DNA from: Eledone cirrhosa | Taxonomy: Eukaryota | Length of the DNA stretch: 64,000 nt | Direction: 5' to 3' | Assembly (NCBI GenBank): GCA_964016885.1 | Contig: OZ024754.1 | Span: 23,870,001 to 23,934,000 of the forward strand | Part shown: in pieces, positions 26,501 to 40,200 of the stretch | Layout: every line of letters starts with the position of its first letter | Position numbering within the stretch: position 1 is the stretch's first letter | Notes under the pieces: model-generated | Databases searched by the model: none | What the model was told of the DNA's origin: nothing | What the model saw: the letters and a program-made list of their open reading frames with translations, nothing else | Program-made: the position numbers and the translations under genes

Positions 26501-29500
26501 AGTCTAAGGCTTGTGTTTTAAGTCTAATCTAAGGCTTGTGATTAAGGTTTAAGTCTAACTCTAAGGCTTGGGGTTGGGGTTTAAGTCTAAGCCTTGTGGA
26601 TTGGGTTTAAATCTGACGCTTGGAGTTGGGGTTTACGTCTAAGTCTAAAGTTTGGGGTTGGGGTTTAAGTCTAAATCTAAGTTTAAGTTTCCGTCTAAGT
26701 CTAAGGGTTGGGGTTTAAGTCTAAGTCTGAGGCTTGGGGTTGGGGTTTAAGTCTAAGTCTAAGGCTAGGATTTTGGGTTAAAATCTAAGTCTAACCTTTG
26801 TTGTTGGGGTTTAAGTCTAAGTCTAAAGCCTGCAGTTGCGGTTCAAGTGTAAGGCTTGGGTTTGCGGTTTGGGTTTAAGTCTAAGGCTTGGGGTTGGGGT
26901 TTAAGTCTAAGTCTAAGTCTTGGGTTTGTGGGTTAAGTCTAAGTCTAAGAGTTGTTGTTAGGATTTAAGTCTAAGGCTTGGGGTTAGGGTTTAAGTCTAA
27001 GGTTGGATTTGGGGTTTAAGTCTAAGTCTAAGGCTTGGGGGGGCGTTTATATCTAAGTCTAAGGCTTGGGTTTGAGTTTTAAGTCTAAGGCTTGGTGTTC
27101 GGGTTTAAATCTATGTCAAAGGCTTGGATTTCGGGTTTAAGTCTAATATTGAGGCTTCGTGTTCTGCTTTAAGTCTAAGTCTGAGGCTTGGGGTTTGGGT
27201 TTAAATCTAAGACTTGGGGTCACGACTTAAGTCTAAGGCTTGGTGTTGGCTTTAAGTCTAAGTCTAAGTCTAAGTTAAGTCTAAGTCTAAGTCTAAGTTT
27301 GAGGTTTAAGTCTAAATCTATTATTTGGTGTTGGTGTCTAAGGCTAGGGGTTAGGGGTTTAAGTCTAAGTCTAAGGCTTAGGGTTGGGGTTTAAATCTAT
27401 GTCTAAGTGTTGGGGTTGGTGTTTAAGTCTAACTCTAAGGCTTGGTGTTGGATTTAAGTCTACGGCTTATGGTTTAATTCTAAGGCTTGGTGTTGGGGTT
27501 TATGGCTAAGTCTAATGCTAGCGGGTGGGGTTTTAGTCTAAGACTAAGAATTGGGGTTGGGGTTTAAGTCTAAGTCTAAGGCTTGTTGTTCCGGTTTAAG
27601 ACTAAGTCTAAGGCTTGGGGTTGGGGTTTAAGTCTAATGCTTGTAGTTCGGGTTTAAATCTAAGTCTAAGTCTTGTGGTTGGGGTTTAAGTGTAAGTCTC
27701 AGGGCTGGTTTAGGATATAAGTCTAAGGCTTGGGGTTTGGATTTAAGTCTAAGTCTCAGGATTGGGTTTGGGATTTAAATTCTAAGTCTAATGCTTGTGG
27801 TTTGGGTTTAAAACTAAAGCTTGGAGTTGGGATTTACTCTAAGTCTAAAGTTTGTGGTTGGGGTTTAAGGCTAAATCTAAGTTTAAGTTTACGTCTAACT
27901 CTAAGGTTTGGGTTTAAATCTAAGTCTATGGCTTGGTGTTGGGGATTATGTCTATGTCTAAGGCTTTGGGTTGTGGTTTAAGTGTAAGTCTAAGGCCTGG
28001 GGTTGGTATTTAAATCTAAGTTTAAGGCTTGGGGGTCGATGTTTAAGTCTAAATATAAGGCTTGGGGTTGGGGTTTAAGTTTAAGTCTAAGGCTAGGAGT
28101 TGTTGTTTAAGTCAAAATCTAAGGTTTGGGGTTGGGGTTTATGTCTAAGTCTTGTGGTTATGGTTTAATTCTAAGGCTTGGTGTTGGTGTTTAAGTCTAA
28201 GTCTAATGCTAGTGGTTGGGGTTTAAGTCTAAGTCTAAGGCTTGGGGTTCGGGTTCAAGTCTAAGTCTAAGGCTTGGAGTTGGGGTTTAAATCTATGTCT
28301 ATGGCTTGGGGTTTAAATCTAAGTCTAAGGCCTGGGGTTGGTATTTTAATCTAAGTCTAAGACTTGGGGATCGAGGTTTAAGTCTAAGTCTAAGGCTTGG
28401 GGTTGGGGTTTAATTCTAAATCTAAGGCTTTGGTTTCGGGCTAGTGTCTACGTCTAAGGCTTGAGGTTGGGGTTTAAATCTAAGTCTAATTCTTGGAGTT
28501 GGGGTTTAAGTGTAAGTCTAACGCTTGCGCTTGGGCTTCATGTCTAACTCTAAGGCTTGGGTTTGTGGATTAAGTCTAAGTCTAAGGCTTGTGGTTGGGG
28601 TTTAAATCTATGTCTAAGGCTTGGGCTTTAACTCTAAGTCTAAAGCTTAATGTTGGGGATTAACTCTATGTCTAAGGCTTAAGGTTGGGGATTAAGTCTA
28701 AGTCTAAGTCTTGGGGATCGAGGTTAAAGTCTAAGTCTAAGGCTTGGGGTTGGGGTTTAAATCTAAGTCTAAGTCTTGGAGTTGGAGTTTAAGTTTACTT
28801 CTAGGATTGGAATGTAAGTCTAAATTTAAGGCATGGGTTCTAAGTCTAACGCTTGCGCTTGGTCTTCAAGTCTAACTCTAAAGCTTGGGCTTGTGGTGTA
28901 ATTCTAAGTCTAAGACTTGTGGTTGGGGTTTAAATCTACGTTTAAGGCTTGGGGTTTAAGTCTAAGTCTAAAGCTTAATGTTTGGGTATAAGTCTAAGTC
29001 TAAGGCTTGGTGTTGGGATTTAGGTCTGTCTAAGGCTATAGTTTTGGGTTTAAGTCTAAGTCTAAGGATTGGGGTTTGGGTTTAAATCTAAGACTTGGGG
29101 TTACGGTTTAAGTCTAAGGCTTGGTTTTGGCTTTAAGTATAAGTCTAATGCTAGTGGGTGGGGTTTAAGTCTAAGACTAAGAATTGGGGTTGGGGTTTAA
29201 ATTCTAAGTCTAAAACTTATGGTTTAAGTCTAATCTAAGGCTTGGGATTAGGGGTTAAGTCTAAGTCTAAGGCTTGGCGTTGGGGTTTAAGTCTAAGGCT
29301 TGTGGTTTGGGTCTAAATCTAAGGCTTGGAGTTGGGGTTTGCGTCTAAGTCTGTAGTTTGGGGTTGGGATTTAAGTCTAAATCTAAGTTTAAGTTAACGT
29401 CTACGTCTAAGGGTTGTGGTTTAAGTCAAAGTCTGAGGCTTGGGGTTGGTGTTTAAGTCTAACTCTAAAGCTAGGAGTTGGGGTTCAAATCAAAGTCTAA

Positions 29501-32500
29501 CCTTTGTGGTTGGGGTTTAAGTCTAAGTCTAAAGCCTGCAGTTGGGGTTCAAGTCTAAGGCTTGGTGTTGGGGTTTAAGTGTAAGCTTTGGGTTGGGGTT
29601 TAAGTCTACGCCTAAGGCTTGAGGTTGGGGTTTAAGTCTAAATCTAAGTTTAAGTTTACGTCTAAGTCTAAGGGTTGGGGTTTAAGTCTAAGTCTGAGGC
29701 TTGAGGTTGGGGTATAAGTCTAAGTCTAAGACTTGGGGTTAGTGTTTAATACTAAGGTTTGGGGTTATGTTTTAAGTCTAAGTCTAAGTTTAGGGGTTGG
29801 GGTTTAAGTCTAAGTCTAAGCCTATGGGTTGGCGTTTATGTCTAAGTCTAAGGCTTGCGGATGGGGTTTAAGTCTAAGGCTTGGGGTTGGGGTTTAAGTC
29901 TAAGTCTAAGTCTTGGGCTTGTGGTTTACACGTAAGTCCAAGAGTTGGTGTTAGGATTTAAGTCTAAGGCTTGGGGTTATGTTTCATGTCTAAGGGTTGG
30001 ATTTGGGTTTTAAATCTAAGTCTAAGGCTTTGGGGCTGGCGTTTATGTCTAAGTCTAAGGCCTGGGTTTGGGGTCTAAGTCTAAGGCTTGGAGTTCGGGT
30101 TTAAGTCTAAGTCTAAGGCTTGGGATTGGGGTTTAAATCTATGTCTAAGGCTTGGATTTCGGGTTTAAGTCTATGTCTAAGGCTATAGTTTGGGGTTTAA
30201 GTATAAGGCTTGCGGTTACGGTTTAAGTCTAAGGCTTGGTGTTGGCTTTAAATCTAATTCTAATGCTAGTGGTTGAGGATTAAGTCTAATTCTATGATTT
30301 GGGATTGGGGTTTAAGTCTAACTCTAAGGCTTGGTGTTGGGTTTAAGTCTAAGGCTTGTGGTTTGGGTTTAAATCTAAGGCTTGGAGTTGGGGCTTACGT
30401 CTAGAGTCTAAAGTTTGGGGTTGGGGTTTCAGTCTAAATGTAAGTTTAAGTTTACGTCTAAATCTAAGGGTTGGGGTATAAGTCTAAGGCTGAGGCTTTG
30501 GGTTGGGGTTTAAGTCTAAGTCTAAGGCTAGAAGTTGGGATTCAAATCTAAGTCTAAATCTTGCAGTTGGTGCTCAATTCTAAGGCTTGGGTTGGGGTTT
30601 AAGTGTAAGCTATGGGTTGGGGTTTAAGTCTACGCCTATGGCTTGAGGTTGGGGTTTAAATCTAAGTGTAAGTTTAAGTTTACGTCTAAGGCTAGTGCTT
30701 GGGGTTTAGTCTAAGTTTAAGGGTTGGGGTTTAAGCCTAATCTGAGGCTTGGGATTGGGGTTTAAGTCTAAGTCTAATGCTGGGGGTTGGGTTTTAAGTC
30801 AAATTCTAAGGCTGGGGGATGGGGTTTAAGTCTAAGCCTAAGGCTTGGGGTTGGGGTTTAAGTCTAGGTCTAAGGCTTGGGTTTGGGTTTTAAGTCTAAT
30901 TCTAAGGGTTGCGGTTCGGGTTTAAGTCTAAGTCTGAGGCTTGGGGTTGGGGTTTAAGTCTAAGTCTAAGTCTTCTGGTTGGGGTTTAAATCTAAGGATG
31001 GGTGTTGGCGTTTAAGGCTAAGTCTAATGCTGGGGTTTGGGGTTTAAGTCTAAGGCTTGGGGTTCGGGTTTAAGTCTAAGTCTAAGGGTTGGTGTTAGGG
31101 TTTAATTCTAAGGCTTGGGGTTGGGGCTTAACTCTAAGTCTAAGGCTTGGGTTTGAGGTTTAAGTCTAGGTGTAAGTCTTGGATTTGGGGTTTAAGTCTA
31201 ATCCTAAGGCTTGGGGTTAGGGTTTAAGTCTAAGTCTGAGGCTTGGGGTTGGGATTTAAGTCTAAATTTAAGGCTTGTGGTTGGGGTTTAAGTCTAAGTC
31301 TAAGGCATGTGGTTGGGGTTTAAGTCTAAGGCTTGGGGTTCGGGTTTAAGTCTAAGTCTAAGTCTTGTGGTTGGCGTTTCAGTCTAAGGCTTGAGTTTGT
31401 GGTTTAAGTCTAAGTCTAAGGGTTGGTGTTAGGATTTAAGTCTAAGGCTTGGGATTTGGGTTTAATTCTAAGGCTTGGAGTTGGGGTTTAAGTCTAAGTC
31501 TAACGCTTGGGGTTGGGGTTCAAGTATATGTCTAAGTTTTGGGGTTGGGGTTTAAGTCTAAGTCTAAGGCTTTGGGTTGGGCTTTAAGTCTCAGTCTAAG
31601 GCTTGGGGTTGAGGTTTAAGTCTAAGTCTAAGTCATGGGGTTGGGGTTTAAGTCTAAGTCTATGGCTTTGTGTTGAGGTTTAAGTTTAAGTCTAAGGCTT
31701 GGGCTTGTGGTTAATGTCTAAGTCTAAGTTTTGGGGTTGGGGTTTAAGTCTAAGTCTTATGCTTGTGGTTGGGGTTCAAGTATAAGTCTAACGCTTGCGC
31801 TTGGTCTTCAAGTCTTAATCTAAAGCTTGGGCTTGTGGTGTAATTCTAAGTCTAAGACTTGTGGTTGGTGTTTAAATCTACGTTTAAGGCTTTGGGTTTA
31901 AGTCTAAGTCTAAAGCTTAATGTTTGGGTATAAGTCTAAGTCTAAGGCTTGGTGTTGGGATTTAGGTCGGGTTTAAGTCTAAGTCTGAGGCTTTGGGTTG
32001 CGGTTTAAGTCTAAGTCAAAGTCTTGTGATTGGCGTTTAAATCTAAGGATGAGTGTTGGGGTTTAAGGCTAAGTCTAATGCTTGTGGTTGGGGTTTATGT
32101 CTAAGTCTAAGGCATGGGGTTAGGGTTTAAGTCTAAGTCTAAGGCTTGGGGTTAGGGTGTGAGTATAAAACTAATGCTTGACGTTAGACTTTAAGTCTAA
32201 GTCTAAGGCTTGGGCTTGGGGTATAAGTCTAAGTCTAAGGCTAAGGTTGGGGTTCGGGTTTAAGTCTAAGGGTTGTGGTTAGGATTTAATTCTAAGGCTT
32301 GGAGTTGGGTTTACGTCTAATTCTAAATCTTGGTGTTGGGGTTTAAATCTATGTCTAAGGCTTGGGGTTGGAGTTAAGTCTAATGCTTGGGGTTCGGGTT
32401 TAAGTCTAAATCTAAGGCTTGGGATTGGGGTTTGAAACTAAGTCTCAGGCTTTGGTTTCGGGTTTAAGTCTAATTCTAAGGCTTCGGGTTCGGATTTAAG

Positions 32501-35500
32501 TCTAAGTCTGATTATTGGTGTTGGGGTTTAAATCTAAGGCTTGGGGTTAGGATGTAAGTGTAAGTCTAAGGCTGGAGGTTGGGGTTTAACTCTACGCCTA
32601 AGGCTTGAAGTTGGAGTTTAAGTCTAAGTCTAAGGTTGGGGTTTAAGTCTAAGGCTTGGGGTTCGGGTTTAAGTCTAAGTCTAAGGGTTGGTGTTAGGGT
32701 TTAATTCTAAGGCTTGGGGTTGGGGTTTAAATCTAAGTCTAAGGCTTGGGGTTGGAATTTAAGTTTAAGTCTAAGACTAGTAGTTTGGGTATCAGTTTAA
32801 GCCTAAGGCTTGGGGTTGGGTTTAAGTCTAGGAGTAAGTCTTGGATTTGGGGTTTATGTCTAATCCTAAGGCTTGGGGTTAGGGTTTAAGTCTAAGTCTA
32901 ATGCTTGAGGTTGGGGTTGGGGTCTAAGGCTTTGGGTTGGAGTTTAATTCTAACTCTAAAGATTGGGGTTGGGGTCAGGCTTTAAGTCTAAGGCTTGGGG
33001 TTAGGGTTTAAGTCTAAGTCTCAGGATTGGGATTGGGGTTTCAAATCTAAGTCTAAGGCTTGTGGTTGGGCTTATAGTCTAATCTAAGGCTTGGGGTTAG
33101 GGTTTAAGTCTAAGTCTAAAGTTTGGGGTTGGGTTTAAGTCTAAGTCTAAGGGTTGGGGTTTATGTCTACTCTGAGGCTTGGGGTTGGGGTTTAAATCTA
33201 AGTCTAAGGCTAGGAGTTGGCATTCAAATCTAAGTTTAACCTTTGGGGTTGGGGTTTAAGTCTAAGTCTAAGTTTAGAGTTTAAGTCAAAGATGGGGTTA
33301 GGATTTATATGTAAGCTTTGTGTTGTGGTTTAACTCTACGCCTTAGGCTTGAGGTTGGAGTTTAAGTCTAAGTCTAAGTTTAAGTTTACGTCTAAGTCTT
33401 AGGGTTGGGGTTTAAGTCTAAGTTTAAGGCTTGTGGTTGGGGTTTAAGTCTAAGGCTTGGGGTTCGGGTTTAAGTCTAAGTCTAAGGCTTGTGGTTGGGG
33501 TTTCAGTCTAAGTCTAAGGCTTGGGTTTGTGGTTTAAGTCTAAGTCTAAGGGTTGGTGTTAGGACTTAAGTCTAAGGCTTGGGATTTGGGTTTAATTCTA
33601 AGGCTTGGAGTTGGGGTTTAAGTCTAAGTCTAAAGCTTAATGTTTGGGTTTACGTCTAAGTCTAAGGCTTCGGGTTTGGGATTAAGTCTAAGTCTAAGGT
33701 TTGGGGTTGGGGTTTAAGTCTAAGTCTAAGGCTTGGGGTTGGGGCTTAAGTCTAAGTCTAAGTCTTGGGGTTGGTGTTTAAGTCTAAGTCTAAGGCTTGG
33801 TGTTGGGGTTTAAGTCTAAGTCTAAGGCTTGGGGTAGGGGTTAGGCTTTAACTCTAAGGCTTGGGATTGGGGTTTAAGTTTAAGTCTAAGGCTAGGAGTT
33901 GGGGTTCAAGTCTAAGACTAAGGCTTGGGGTTGGGGTTTAAGTCTAAGTCGAAGGCTTATAGTTTGGGTTTAAGTCTAAATCTAAGGCTAGGGGTTAGGG
34001 TTCATAGGTCTAAGGCTTGGGGTTAGGGTTTAAGTCTAAGGCTTGTGTTTATGGTTTAATTCTAAGTGATTACGTGATTACGTCTAATTCTAAAGCTTGG
34101 GGTTGGGGTTTAAATCTTAGACTAGGGCTTGATGTTGGGGTTTAAATCTATGTCTATATCTTGGGGTTTAAGTCTAAGTCTGAGGCCTAAGGTTTGGGTT
34201 TAAGTCTAAGTCTAAAGCCTGGGGTTGGGGTTTGGGGTACGGGTTTAAGTCTAATTCTAAGGCTTGGGTTTGGGGTTTAAGTTTATGTCTCAGGCTTGGG
34301 ATTGGGGTTTAAATCTAAGTCTAAAGCTTTGGGGGAGATTAAGTCTAAGCCTAAGGCTTGGGTTTGGGGTTTAAGTCTAATTCTAAGGCTTTGGGTTTGG
34401 GTTTAAGTCTAAGTCTGAGGCTTGGGTTGGTGTTTAAGTCTAAGTCTAAGTCTTGTGGTTGGGGTTTAAATCTAAGGGTTAGGATTTAAATCTAAGGATG
34501 GGTGTTGGGGTTTAAGGCTAAGTCTAATGCTTGTGGTTGGGGGTTTATGTCTAAGTCTAATGCATGGTGTTACGGTTTAAGTCTAAGTCTAAGTCTAGGT
34601 TAGGGTATGAGTATAAATCTAATGCTTGGCGTTAGGGTTTAAGTCTAAGTCTAAGGCTTGGGCTTGGGGTATAAGTCTAAGTCTAAGGCTAAGGTTGGGG
34701 TTCGGGTTTATGTCTAAGAGTTGTGGTTAGGATTTACTTCTAAGGCTTGGTGTTGAGGTTTAAGTCTAAGTCTAAGGCTTTGGGTTGAGGTTTAAGTCTA
34801 TGTCTAAGGCTTGGGGTTGGGGTTTAAATCTAAGTCTAAGGTTCGGGTTTGTGGTTTAAGTCTAACTCTAAGGCTTGGTGTTGGGTTTAAGTCTACGGCT
34901 TGTGGTTATGGTTTAATTCTAAGGCTTGGAGTTGGGGTTTATGTCTAACTCTAATGCTAGTGGGTGGGGTTTAAGTCTAAGTCTAAGGCTTGGGGTTGGG
35001 TTTTATGTCTAAGTCTAAGGCTTATGGTTGGGGTTTAGGTCTAAGTCTAAGGTTAGAGTTTAAATCTAAAGCTTGTGGTTAGGATTTAAGTCTAAGTCTA
35101 ACTTTAAGTTTACGTCTAAGGCTAGGGGTTGAGGTTTAGTATAACCTAAAGTTTGGGGTTTAAGTCTAAGTCTAAGGCTTGGATTTGGAGTTTAAGTCTA
35201 AGTGTAAGGCTGGGGGTTGGGGTTTAAGTCTAAGTCTAAGCCATTGGGTTGGCGTCTATGTCTAAGTCTAAGGCTTGGGGTTGGGGTTTAAGTCTGAGTC
35301 TAAGGCTTGGGGTTGGGATTTAAATTTAAGTCTAAGGCTAGGAGTTTGGGTTTAAGTCTTACTCTTAGGCTTGTGGTTGTGGTTTAAGTTTAAGTCTCAG
35401 GCTTGGGATTGGGGTTTAAATGTAAGTCTAAGGCTTGGGGTGGGGCTTTAAGTCTAAATCTAAGGCTTGGGTTTGGGGTTTAAGTCTAATTTTAAGGCTT

Positions 35501-37259
35501 GGGGTTAGGGTGTGAGTATAAATCTAATGCTTGGCGTTTAGGTTTAAGTCTAAGTCTAAGGGTAATGTGTTTAAGTCTAAGGGTTGTGGTTAGGATTTAA
35601 TTCTAAGGCTCGGTGTTGGGGTTTACGTCTAAGTCTAAAACTTGGGGTTTAAGTGTATGTCTAAGGCTTGGGGTTGGAGTTTAAGTCTAAGTCTAAGGCT
35701 TTGGGTTGGGGTTTAAGTCTATGTCCTGGAGTTGGGATTTAATTTTATATCTAAGGGTAGGGGTTGGGTTTTAAATCTAGTTTTTAAGTCTAAGGTTTGG
35801 TGTTAGGATTTAAGTCTACGGCTTGTGGTTATGGTTTAATTCTTAGGCTTGGAGTTGGGGTTTATGTTCAATCTAAGAATTTGGGTTGGGGTTTAGGTCT
35901 AAGTCTAAGGCTTGGGGTTCGGGTTTAAGTCTAAGTCTATGGCTTGGGTTGGGGTTTAAGTCTAAGACTTGGTGTTCTGGTTTAAGTCTAAGTCTGTCTT
36001 GTGGTTTGGGTTTAAGTCTAAGTCTAAGGCATGGATTTGTGGTTTAAGTCTAAGTCTTAAGTTTGGTGTTAGGATTTAAGTCTAAGGCTTGGGGTTACGG
36101 TTTAATTCTAAGGCTTGGTGTTGTGGATTAAGTCTAAGTCTAAGTGTTGGGGTTGGGGTTTAAATCTAAGTCTAAAGCTTGGGGTTGGGGTTTAAGTCTA
36201 AGTGTAAGGCTTGTGGTTGGTGTTTAAGTCTATGTCTAAGGCTTGGTGTTGGGATTTAAGTCTATGTCTAAGGCTTTGGTTTTGGGTTTAAGTCTATGTC
36301 TAAGGTTTGGAGGTTGGTGTTTAAGCCTAAATCTAAGGCTTGGTGTTGGGGTTTAAGCCTAAGGCTTGGGGTTAGGGTTTAAGTCTAATGCTTGGAGTTG
36401 TGGTTTAAGTCTAAGTCTAAGTTTAAGTTTACGCGTAAGGTTAGGGGTTGGGGTTTAAATCTAAGTCTGAGGCTTGGGGTTGGGGGGTTTAAATCTAAGT
36501 CTAAGGCTTTGGTTTTGGGTTTAAGTCTAGTCTAAGGTTTGGGGGTTGGTGTTTAAGCCTAAGTCTAAGGCTTGGTGTTGGGGTTTAAGCCTAAGGCTTG
36601 GGGTTAGGGTTTAAGTCTAATGCTTGGAGTTGTGGTTTAAGTCTAAGTCTAAGTTTAAGTTTACGTGTAAGGTTAAGGGTTGGGGTTTAAATCTAAGTCT
36701 GAGGCTTGGGGTTGGTGTTTAAATCTAAGTCTAAGGCTTTGGGTTGGGGTTTAAGTCTAAGTCTAAGGCTTGGGGTTGTGGTTACGCTTTAAGTCTAAGG
36801 CTTGTGGTTAGGTTTTAAGTCTATGTCTAAGGCGTGTGGTTGGGGTTTAGATCTAAGCCTAGGGCTTGGTGTTGGGGTTTGGGGTACGGGTTTAATTCTA
36901 ATTCTAAGGCTTGAGGTTGGGGTTTAAGTCTAAATCTAAGGCACGGCTTTGTGGTTTAAGTCTAAGTCTAAAGCTTGGGGTTAGGTTTTAAGTCTATGTC
37001 TAAGGCTTGTGGTTGGGGTTTAGGTCTAAGCCTAGGGCTTGGTGTTGGGGTTTGGGGTACGGGTTTAATTCTAATTCTAAGGCCTGGATTTGGGGTTTAA
37101 GTCTAAGTCTAAGGCTAAGTGTTGGGGTTTAAATAAATCCTAGGCTTGGGGATGGCGTTTATGTCTAAGTCTAAGGCTTTGGGTTGGCGTTTAAGTCTAC
37201 GGCTTGTGGTTATGGTTTAATTCAAAGGCTTGTGGTTATGGTTTAATTCAAAGGCTAAA

Positions 37260-37285
37260 CCTAACCCTAACCCTAACCCTAACCC
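37260..37285 (-). repeat. Short perfect telomeric tract (CCCTAA)3 plus partial units at the inversion breakpoint
   Basis: CCTAACCCTAACCCTAACCCTAACCC read directly. Confidence 0.9.
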
Positions 37286-40200
37286 CAGCCTCAAGCCTTA
37301 GGCGTACACTTAAACCCAAACCCAAAGCTTACACTTAAACCCCAACCCCAAGCATTAGACTTAGACTTAAACCACAACTCCAAACATTAGATTTAAACCC
37401 TAACCACAAGCCTTCGACTTAAACTCTAACCTTATATTTAGACTTGAACCCCACACACTAGCATTAGACTTAGACTTGAATCCCAACTCCAAGCCTTTGA
37501 ATTAAACCATAACCACAAGCAGTAGAGTTAAACCCAACACCAAGCCTTAGAGTTTGACTTAAACCCCAACCCCAAGCCTTAGACTTAGACTTAAACGCCA
37601 ACCCAAAGCCTTAGACTTAGACATAAACGCCAAACTAAAGCCTTAGACTTAGATTTAAACCTCAACCCTTAGCCTTAGACTTAGACTTAAACACCAAATC
37701 CAAGCCTTAGACTTAAACCTTAACACCAACCCTTATACTTAGTCTTAAACCACAAAACCAAGCCTTAGTCTTACTCTTAAACCCAACCTCAAGCCTTAGA
37801 ATTAGACTTAAATCCGTACCCCAAACCCCAACACCAAGCCTTAGACTTAAACCCAAACCTTAAGCCTCAGACTTAGACTTAAACCCCAAGACATATGCAT
37901 AGATTTAAACCCCAACATCAAGACCTAGTCTAAGATTTAAACCCCAACCCCAAGCTTTAGAATTAGACGTAATCCCCAACTACAAGCCTTAGAATTAAAT
38001 CATAAACACAAGCCTTAGACTTAAACCCAAAAGCCAAGCATTAGACTTAGACTTAAACCACAACCCCTAGCCTTAGATGTAAACTTAAACCCCAAACCGT
38101 AAAATTAGACTGAGACTTAAATCCTAACCCCAAGCCTTAGACTTAAACCCTAATCCCAAGTCGTAGACATAGACTTAAACCCCAATTATAAGCCTTAGAC
38201 TTAGACTTAAACACAAACACCAAGATTTAGAGTTAGACATGAACCTCAACTCCTAGCCTTAGAATAAAACTTAAACCCCAACCACAAGCCTTATATTTAG
38301 ACTTAAACCCTAACCACAAGCCTTAGACTTAGATCTAATCCCCAAGCCCAAACCTCAGACTTAGACTTAAACCCCAACACTTAGACTTAGACTAAACCCC
38401 AACCCCTAACCTTAGACTTAGACTTAAACTTCTACTTAGACTTAAACCACAACTCCAAGCATTAGACTTAAAACCTAACCCCAAGCCTTAGGCTTAAACT
38501 CTAACCTTAGACTTAAACTTAATCCCTAACCAAAAGCCCTAGATTTAGAGTTGAATCCTACCCTCTAGCATTAGACATAGACTTAAACTCCAACACCAAG
38601 CCTTAGACTTAAACCGTAACCCCAAGCCTTAGACTTAAACTCCAACACCAAGCCTTAAACTTAGGCTTAAACACCAACCCTCAAACCTTAGACTTAGACT
38701 TAAACCCAAAACCAAAGGTTTAGACATAGACTTAAATCCCCACACCAAGCCTTAGACATAGACTTAAACCCCAACCACAAGCCTTACACTTAGACTTAAA
38801 CCCCAACCCCAAGCCTTAATCTTAGATTTAAACCCCAACCTCAAGCCTCAGACTTAAATCCGAACCCGAAGCCTTAGCATTAGACTTAAACCCTAAAACC
38901 AAGCCTGAGACTTAGATTTAAACCCCACTCCCAAGCCTTAGACTTTGACTTAAAGCCGAACTCGAAGCCTTAGCATTAGACTTAAACCCGAACCCCAAGC
39001 CTTAGACTTTAACGCCAACCCCAAGCCTTAGACTTAGATATAAACCCCAAACCCAAGCCTTTGACTTAGATTTAAACCCCAACACTTAGACTTAGACTTA
39101 AACCCCAAATCCAAGCCTTAGACTTAGACTTAAACCCCAACCCAAAGCCTTAGACTTAGACTTTAACTACAACCCCAAGCTTTAGACATAGACTTAAACC
39201 CCAAGTTTAGACTTAGATGTAAACCCCAACTCTAAGCCTTATAACTAAATCCTAACCACAACCCTTAGACTTAAACCCATTAGCCTTAGACTTAGACTTA
39301 TACCCCAAGCACAAGCCTTAGACTTAGACTTAAACCCTAACGCCAAGCATTAGATTTATACTCACACCCGAACTACGAGCCTTAGAATTAGACTTAAACC
39401 CTACCCCAAGCCTTAACCTTAGACATAAACCCAAACACCAACCCTTAGATTTAGACTTAAACCCCAAACCCAAGCCTTAGAATTAGACTTAAACGCGTAC
39501 CCCAAACCCCAAATCCAAGCCTTAGATTTAGACTTATACCCCAAGACATAGACATAGATTTAAACCACAACATCAAGCCCTAGTCTAATACTTAAACCCC
39601 AACCCCAAGCTTTAGACTTAGACGTAATCCCCAACTACAAGCCTTAGAATTAAACCATAAACACAAGCCTTAGACTTAAACCCAAACGCCAAGCCTTAGA
39701 CTTAGACTTAAACCACAACCCCTAGCCTTAGACGTAAACTTAAACCCCAACTTTTAATATTAGACTTGACTTAAACCCTAACCCCAAGTCTTAGATTTAA
39801 ACTTAAACCCCAATCCCAAGCCTTAGACTTAGACTTAAACACCAACCCCAAGCCGCAGACTTAGACTTAAACCCCAACCCTTAGACTTAGACTAAACTCC
39901 AACCTCTAGCATTAGACGAAAACTTAAACTTAGACTTAGATTTAAACCCCAACCTCAAGCCTTAAAACCAAACCCCAAGCCTTAGACTTAGACTTGAACC
40001 CCACCCACTAGCATTAGACTTAAACTTGAATCCCAACTCCAATCCTTTGAATTAAACCTTAACCACAAGCCGTAGACTTAAATCTTAATACCAACCCTTA
40101 TACTTAGACTTAAACTACAAGCCCAAGCCTTAGACTTAGACTTAAACCCCAACCACAAGCCTTAGACTTAGACTTAAATCCTAACACCAAGCCTTAGACT

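Larger units (their letters stand above)
1..37254 (+). repeat. Telomere-like tandem satellite, G-rich strand on +; consensus 32 bp GTCTAAGTCTAAGGCTTGGGGTTGGGGTTTAA with 26- and 38-bp variants
   Basis: Continuous degenerate units of (GTCTAA)1-3 + GGCTTGGGGTTGGGGTTTAA with a strong G/T strand skew; TTAGGG often replaces TTGGGG. Confidence 0.97.
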
